Positions 6,986-10,698 of a stretch of DNA of 10,698 nt are shown here, piece after piece. Position numbers and translations under genes: made by a program. The stretch spans positions 215,296 to 225,993 of the forward strand of contig NZ_CP046218.1 of the NCBI RefSeq assembly GCF_012571345.1, written 5' to 3'. Numbering within the stretch: the stretch's first letter is position 1; every line of letters starts with the position of its first letter. This stretch comes from Candidatus Saccharimonadota bacterium. Its GTDB lineage: Bacteria; Pseudomonadota; Gammaproteobacteria; Enterobacterales; Enterobacteriaceae. The notes beneath the pieces are model-generated. The model saw only the letters and a list, made by a program, of their open reading frames with translations, was not told where the DNA came from and ran no database searches.

Positions 6986-8887
6986 ATGAATCATTTAAAT
7001 CAATATAACGCTGACTCAATAGAAGTTTTAGAAGGGTTAGATCCTGTTAAACGTAGACCTGGCATGTATACTGATCTTACTAATCCTAACCACTTAGGGC
7101 GAGAAGTAATAGATAATAGTGTAGACGAAGCATTATCTGGATATGCAAAAAATATTACAGTAGTTTTATATAAAGATCAGTCATTAGAAGTAACTGATGA
7201 TGGCAGAGGCATGCCCATAGATATACATCCGCAGGAAGGAATATCTGCTATAGAACTAATTTTATGTCGTTTACATGCTGGAGGCAAATTTTCAAATAAA
7301 AATTATCATTTTTCAGGAGGTTTACATGGTGTAGGTATTTCAGTAGTTAATGCACTATCAAAAAGAATGGAAGTTAATATATTCCGTAATTGTAAAATAT
7401 ATAATATTGTTTTTTCATATGGTCATAAAATTAAAAATTTAAATATTATTAATAATAATATTAATTATACTGGTACTAATATTAGATTTTGGCCTGATGA
7501 ACATTTTTTTGAAAGTACTATTTTTTTAGTATCTAATTTAATAAATATATTAAAAGCAAAAGCAATATTATGTCCCGGATTAATAGTTAATTTTCATAAT
7601 AAAAATACTGAAGAACATTATACTTGGAATTATCAAAATGGTTTATGTGATTATTTAATCAATTCAACTAAACAATACGTAACTGTACCCGACAAACCAT
7701 TTATAGGTAATTACCATAGTAATATCAAACAATTAGATTGGGCATTATTGTGGATCCCTAACAATAATTATTGTATTGTAGAAAGTTATGTTAATTTAAT
7801 TCCAACAATATATGGTGGTACGCATGTTAATGGTTTAAAATTAGGTTTATTAGAAGGTATAAAAAATTTTTGTGTATTACATAATATGTTATCTAAAAAT
7901 ATTAAATTATGTAGTGATGATATTTGGTCACATTGTTCTTATATTTTATCACTTAAAATACAAGATCCGCAATTTACTGGACAAACTAAAGAACGTTTAT
8001 CTACCAGACAATGTACTATGTTTGTTGCTAATATAGTTCGTGATGCATTTATTTTATGGTTAAATAAAAATATTAAAATTGGTACATATATTGCTAATAT
8101 GGTAATATCTAATGCTCAAAAACGAATTAGAGCATCTAAAAAAATAATCAAAAAAAAAAATTATATTAGTTCTATATTACCTGGTAAATTAGCAGATTGT
8201 ATTATTAAAAATCCAAAACAAACAGAACTATTTTTAGTAGAAGGAGATTCTGCTGGAGGATCTGCTAAACAAGCTAGAGATAAAAATTATCAAGCTGTAA
8301 TGCCTTTAAAAGGCAAAATTTTAAATACATGGGAAATTAGTTCTGAAGTAATTTTATCTTCACAAGAAATATATGATATTATACTAGCTATAGGTATTTA
8401 CCCTAATAATAGTAATTTAAAAAAATTAAGATATCATAAAATTTGCATTTTAGCTGATGCAGATTCTGATGGTTTACATATTGCAACTTTATTATGTGCT
8501 TTATTTATTAAACATTTTTTCCCATTAGTACAAAATGGAAATATTTATGTAGTCATGCCACCATTATATCGTATTGATATAGGTAAAAAAGTTATTTATG
8601 CTTTAGATGAAAAAGAAAAATCATTAATTTTAACACAAAATAATCATCAAATTAAAAAACATAATATTAATGTTCAAAGATTTAAAGGATTAGGAGAAAT
8701 GAATCCAAAACAACTACGAGAAACAACATTTAATCCTAGTACAAGAAAATTAATACAGTTAATTATTAATAATAATGTTTTAGATAAAAATAAAACTATG
8801 GCTATTATGGACATGTTACTTTCTAAGAAAAGATCTGAAGATCGTCGTAAATGGTTACAACAAAAAGGCAATATAACAAATATTTAA
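6986..8887 (+). CDS. parE: DNA topoisomerase IV subunit B (ParE)
   Basis: 633 aa versus 630 aa for E. coli ParE (recalled), and collinear from the N-terminus: YNADSIEVLEGLDPVKRRPGMYTD..NPNHLGREVIDNSVDEAL versus YNADAIEVLTGLEPVRRRPGMYTD..RPNHLGQEVIDNSVDEAL. Other matches are QSLEV.DDGRGMP.DIHP, ELILCRLHAGGKFSNKNY.FSGGLHGVGISVVNALSKR, ESYVNLIPT..GGTHVNGL, QDPQF.GQTKERLS.RQC, the Toprim motifs ELFLVEGDSAGGSAKQARD and KICILADADSDGLHIATLLCALF, and the tail RFKGLGEMNP.QLRETT and MDMLL.KKRSEDRR.WLQ.KG. The length and the ParE-specific N- and C-termini separate it from GyrB (about 800 aa). Confidence 0.96.
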   Translation: MNHLNQYNADSIEVLEGLDPVKRRPGMYTDLTNPNHLGREVIDNSVDEALSGYAKNITVVLYKDQSLEVTDDGRGMPIDIHPQEGISAIELILCRLHAGGKFSNKNYHFSGGLHGVGISVVNALSKRMEVNIFRNCKIYNIVFSYGHKIKNLNIINNNINYTGTNIRFWPDEHFFESTIFLVSNLINILKAKAILCPGLIVNFHNKNTEEHYTWNYQNGLCDYLINSTKQYVTVPDKPFIGNYHSNIKQLDWALLWIPNNNYCIVESYVNLIPTIYGGTHVNGLKLGLLEGIKNFCVLHNMLSKNIKLCSDDIWSHCSYILSLKIQDPQFTGQTKERLSTRQCTMFVANIVRDAFILWLNKNIKIGTYIANMVISNAQKRIRASKKIIKKKNYISSILPGKLADCIIKNPKQTELFLVEGDSAGGSAKQARDKNYQAVMPLKGKILNTWEISSEVILSSQEIYDIILAIGIYPNNSNLKKLRYHKICILADADSDGLHIATLLCALFIKHFFPLVQNGNIYVVMPPLYRIDIGKKVIYALDEKEKSLILTQNNHQIKKHNINVQRFKGLGEMNPKQLRETTFNPSTRKLIQLIINNNVLDKNKTMAIMDMLLSKKRSEDRRKWLQQKGNITNI

Positions 8888-8920
8888 ATATTTTTAAAAT
8901 TTATATATAAAAAATTATTT

Positions 8921-8942
8921 CATATATTTTATATATGTTTTT
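8921..8942 (+). terminator. Weak intrinsic-terminator-like hairpin downstream of parE
   Basis: CATATAT-TTT-ATATATG (7-bp stem, 3-nt loop, 8921-8937) followed by TTTTT (8938-8942), 34 nt after the parE stop. The stem is almost entirely A/T, so its predicted stability is low. Confidence 0.25.
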
Positions 8943-9028
8943 CTAGATAAAAAATTTTATTATTTAAAATTTATTAAATATAATTTAATTTTATTTTTAT
9001 CGTGTATTTTTACAAGGAAATATATACC

Positions 9029-10698
9029 ATGTCAAAAAAAAAGTACCATGACGTGGATCCCATGGAAACTAATGATTGGATACAATCTATTAAATATGTT
9101 CTCCAAGAACATGGCATTCACAGAGCAAAATTTTTATTAAATGCAATAAATCGCTATGTAAACTGTATTTATTATGATAATCATAAAGAAAATTATGTGA
9201 ATACAATTATACCATCAGAAGAACCTATATATCCTGGTAATATCAATATAGAGCGTAAGATACGTAATATTATTCGTTGGAATGCTATTATGATAGTTTT
9301 ACGAGCTTCACAAAAAAATTTAGACTTAGGCGGTCATATTGCATCATATCAATCTGCAGCACATATCTATGAAGTATGTTTCAATCATATTTTTAAAGCT
9401 TATAATAATACTAGTAATGGTGATATAGTTTATTTCCAGGGACATATTTCTCCAGGTATTTATGCTAGAGCTTTTGTAGAAAAAAGGCTAAATATACAAC
9501 ATTTAGATAATTTTCGTCAAGAAGTATGTGGTAAAGGTTTATCATCTTATCCTCATCCTAAATTAATGCCTAATTTTTGGCAATTTCCCACAGTTTCTAT
9601 GGGTTTAGGTCCGCTTTCAGCAATATATCAAGCAAAATTTTTAAAATATTTACATAATCGAAAATTACAAAATACATCACACCAAAAAGTTTTTGCATTT
9701 TTAGGTGATGGTGAAATGGATGAACCGGAATCTAAAGGAATGTTAAATATTGCTACAAGAGAAAAATTAGATAATTTAATTTTTATCATTAATTGTAATT
9801 TACAAAGATTAGATGGACCTGTATATGGTAACGGTAAAATTATTAATGAATTATCAAACTTTTTTTATGGTGCAGGATGGGAAGTAATAAAAGTTATTTG
9901 GGGTTATCGTTGGCAAAAATTATTTGATAATGATAAAACTAATAAATTATTACAATTAGTTAATGAAACCGTAGATGGGGATTTTCAAAACTTAACTTCT
10001 AAAGATGGAAATTATATTAGAAATAATTTTTTTAAAAAATATAATGAAACATCATCATTAGTAGAAAGTTTAACAGATACAGAAATCGAAAATTTAAATT
10101 ATGGTGGTCATGATTCTAAAAAAATCTATGCTGCTATAAAAAAAGCTTATCAAATTATCAATAAACCTGTAGTAATATTAATACATACAATTAAAGGTTA
10201 TGGTCTTGGAAAAATTGCAGAAAGTAAAAATATTGCACATCAAGTTAAAAAAATAGATTTTAATAGTTTAAAATATATACGTGATAAATTAATGGTACCT
10301 ATAAATGATGACATTTTACATACATTACCCTATATTTCTTTACCAGAAAATTCTATAGAATTTCAATATTTACATAATCAACGTAAAAATTTAGGTGGTT
10401 ATATACCATATCGTCGTGAACGTTTTACTGAAAAAATCATATTACCAGATTTATCAGATTTAAATAATTTTTTATATTATTCGCCTGAAATACTTTCTAC
10501 AACAAAATCATTTGTTAGAATATTAAGTATGCTTTTAAGACATACTTTTTTAAAAAATAGAATTGTACCTATTATAGCAGATGAAGCCCGTACATTTGGC
10601 ATGGAAGGACTTTTTCGAAAAATTGGTATTTATAATTCTAATGGATTAAATTATATTCCACAAGATCAAGAAACTTTATCTTATTATAAAGAAGATAT
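9029..10698 (+). CDS. aceE: Pyruvate dehydrogenase E1 component (AceE), 3' partial: it runs off the end of the window
   Basis: Not in the ORF track because no stop is reached. My translation from the ATG at 9029 is MSKKKYHDVDPMETNDWIQSIKYVLQEHGIHRAKFLL...YVNTIIPSEEPIYPGNINIERKIRNIIRWNAIMIVLRASQKNLDLGGHIASYQSAAHIYEVCFNHIFKA... It parallels E. coli AceE MSERFPNDVDPIETRDWLQAIESVIREEG...[67 protein letters not shown]. Later motifs are YFQGHISPGIYARAF, SSYPHPKLMP.FWQFPTVSMGLGP, FLGDGEMDEPESKG, INCNLQRLDGPV.GNGKIINEL and PIIADEARTFGMEGLFR.IGIY. AAGGAAA SD at 9014-9020. Confidence 0.97.
   Translation, partial: MSKKKYHDVDPMETNDWIQSIKYVLQEHGIHRAKFLLNAINRYVNCIYYDNHKENYVNTIIPSEEPIYPGNINIERKIRNIIRWNAIMIVLRASQKNLDLGGHIASYQSAAHIYEVCFNHIFKAYNNTSNGDIVYFQGHISPGIYARAFVEKRLNIQHLDNFRQEVCGKGLSSYPHPKLMPNFWQFPTVSMGLGPLSAIYQAKFLKYLHNRKLQNTSHQKVFAFLGDGEMDEPESKGMLNIATREKLDNLIFIINCNLQRLDGPVYGNGKIINELSNFFYGAGWEVIKVIWGYRWQKLFDNDKTNKLLQLVNETVDGDFQNLTSKDGNYIRNNFFKKYNETSSLVESLTDTEIENLNYGGHDSKKIYAAIKKAYQIINKPVVILIHTIKGYGLGKIAESKNIAHQVKKIDFNSLKYIRDKLMVPINDDILHTLPYISLPENSIEFQYLHNQRKNLGGYIPYRRERFTEKIILPDLSDLNNFLYYSPEILSTTKSFVRILSMLLRHTFLKNRIVPIIADEARTFGMEGLFRKIGIYNSNGLNYIPQDQETLSYYKED

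Noticed and set aside
8674-8871. 65-aa ORF on the minus strand, antisense to the parE 3' end
   Set aside because: It is nested antisense to the conserved ParE C-terminus (RFKGLGEMNP...KKRSEDRR), so it is most likely spurious.
8979-8984. Perfect TATAAT hexamer 45 nt upstream of aceE as a promoter -10
   Set aside because: The -35 at the appropriate spacing is poor (TTTATT), and TATAAT-like hexamers are abundant by chance in these spacers. I mention it in the findings but do not call it a feature.
1-10698. I scanned for CRISPR arrays, tRNA or other structured RNA genes, IS elements or terminal inverted repeats, and defence or toxin-antitoxin-like small gene pairs
   Set aside because: There are no spaced direct repeats and no GC-enriched structured segments in the spacers. 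There are no transposase, integrase or nuclease-like ORFs. Every long ORF is accounted for by a core housekeeping ortholog.

Overview
The window is extremely AT-rich (roughly four-fifths A+T by eye, and higher between genes). All genes are on the + strand and tightly packed, which is the look of a reduced genome from an Enterobacterales-derived obligate insect endosymbiont. I cannot name the species. cydAB (rather than cyo) next to sucAB, together with parE, argues against a typical Buchnera, but that is only a guess. I can support eight protein genes by direct comparison with remembered E. coli sequences: sucA (5' partial), sucB, cydA, cydB, cydX, tolQ, parE and aceE. cydX is 29 aa and absent from the ORF track. 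tolQ is full-length but strongly diverged. aceE is 3' partial and absent from the track because it has no stop in the window. The order sucAB-cydAB-cydX-tolQ is the ancestral E. coli order with sucCD, ybgE, ybgC and the intervening genes deleted. tolQ|parE and parE|aceE are non-ancestral junctions. I saw no tRNA, rRNA, CRISPR array, IS or transposase, phage gene or defence-like gene. I do not see a convincing new multi-gene system; this is core housekeeping DNA. The most unusual object is the orphan TolQ. Its reading frame is kept open at the ancestral length in very AT-rich sequence, yet its conserved channel core looks eroded and tolR/tolA/tolB/pal are not downstream. Lesser observations are an apparently truncated E3-binding domain in SucB, long in-frame poly(A) tracts, and a few all-AT hairpins in spacers. 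All alignments were done by eye and all regulatory calls are weak.
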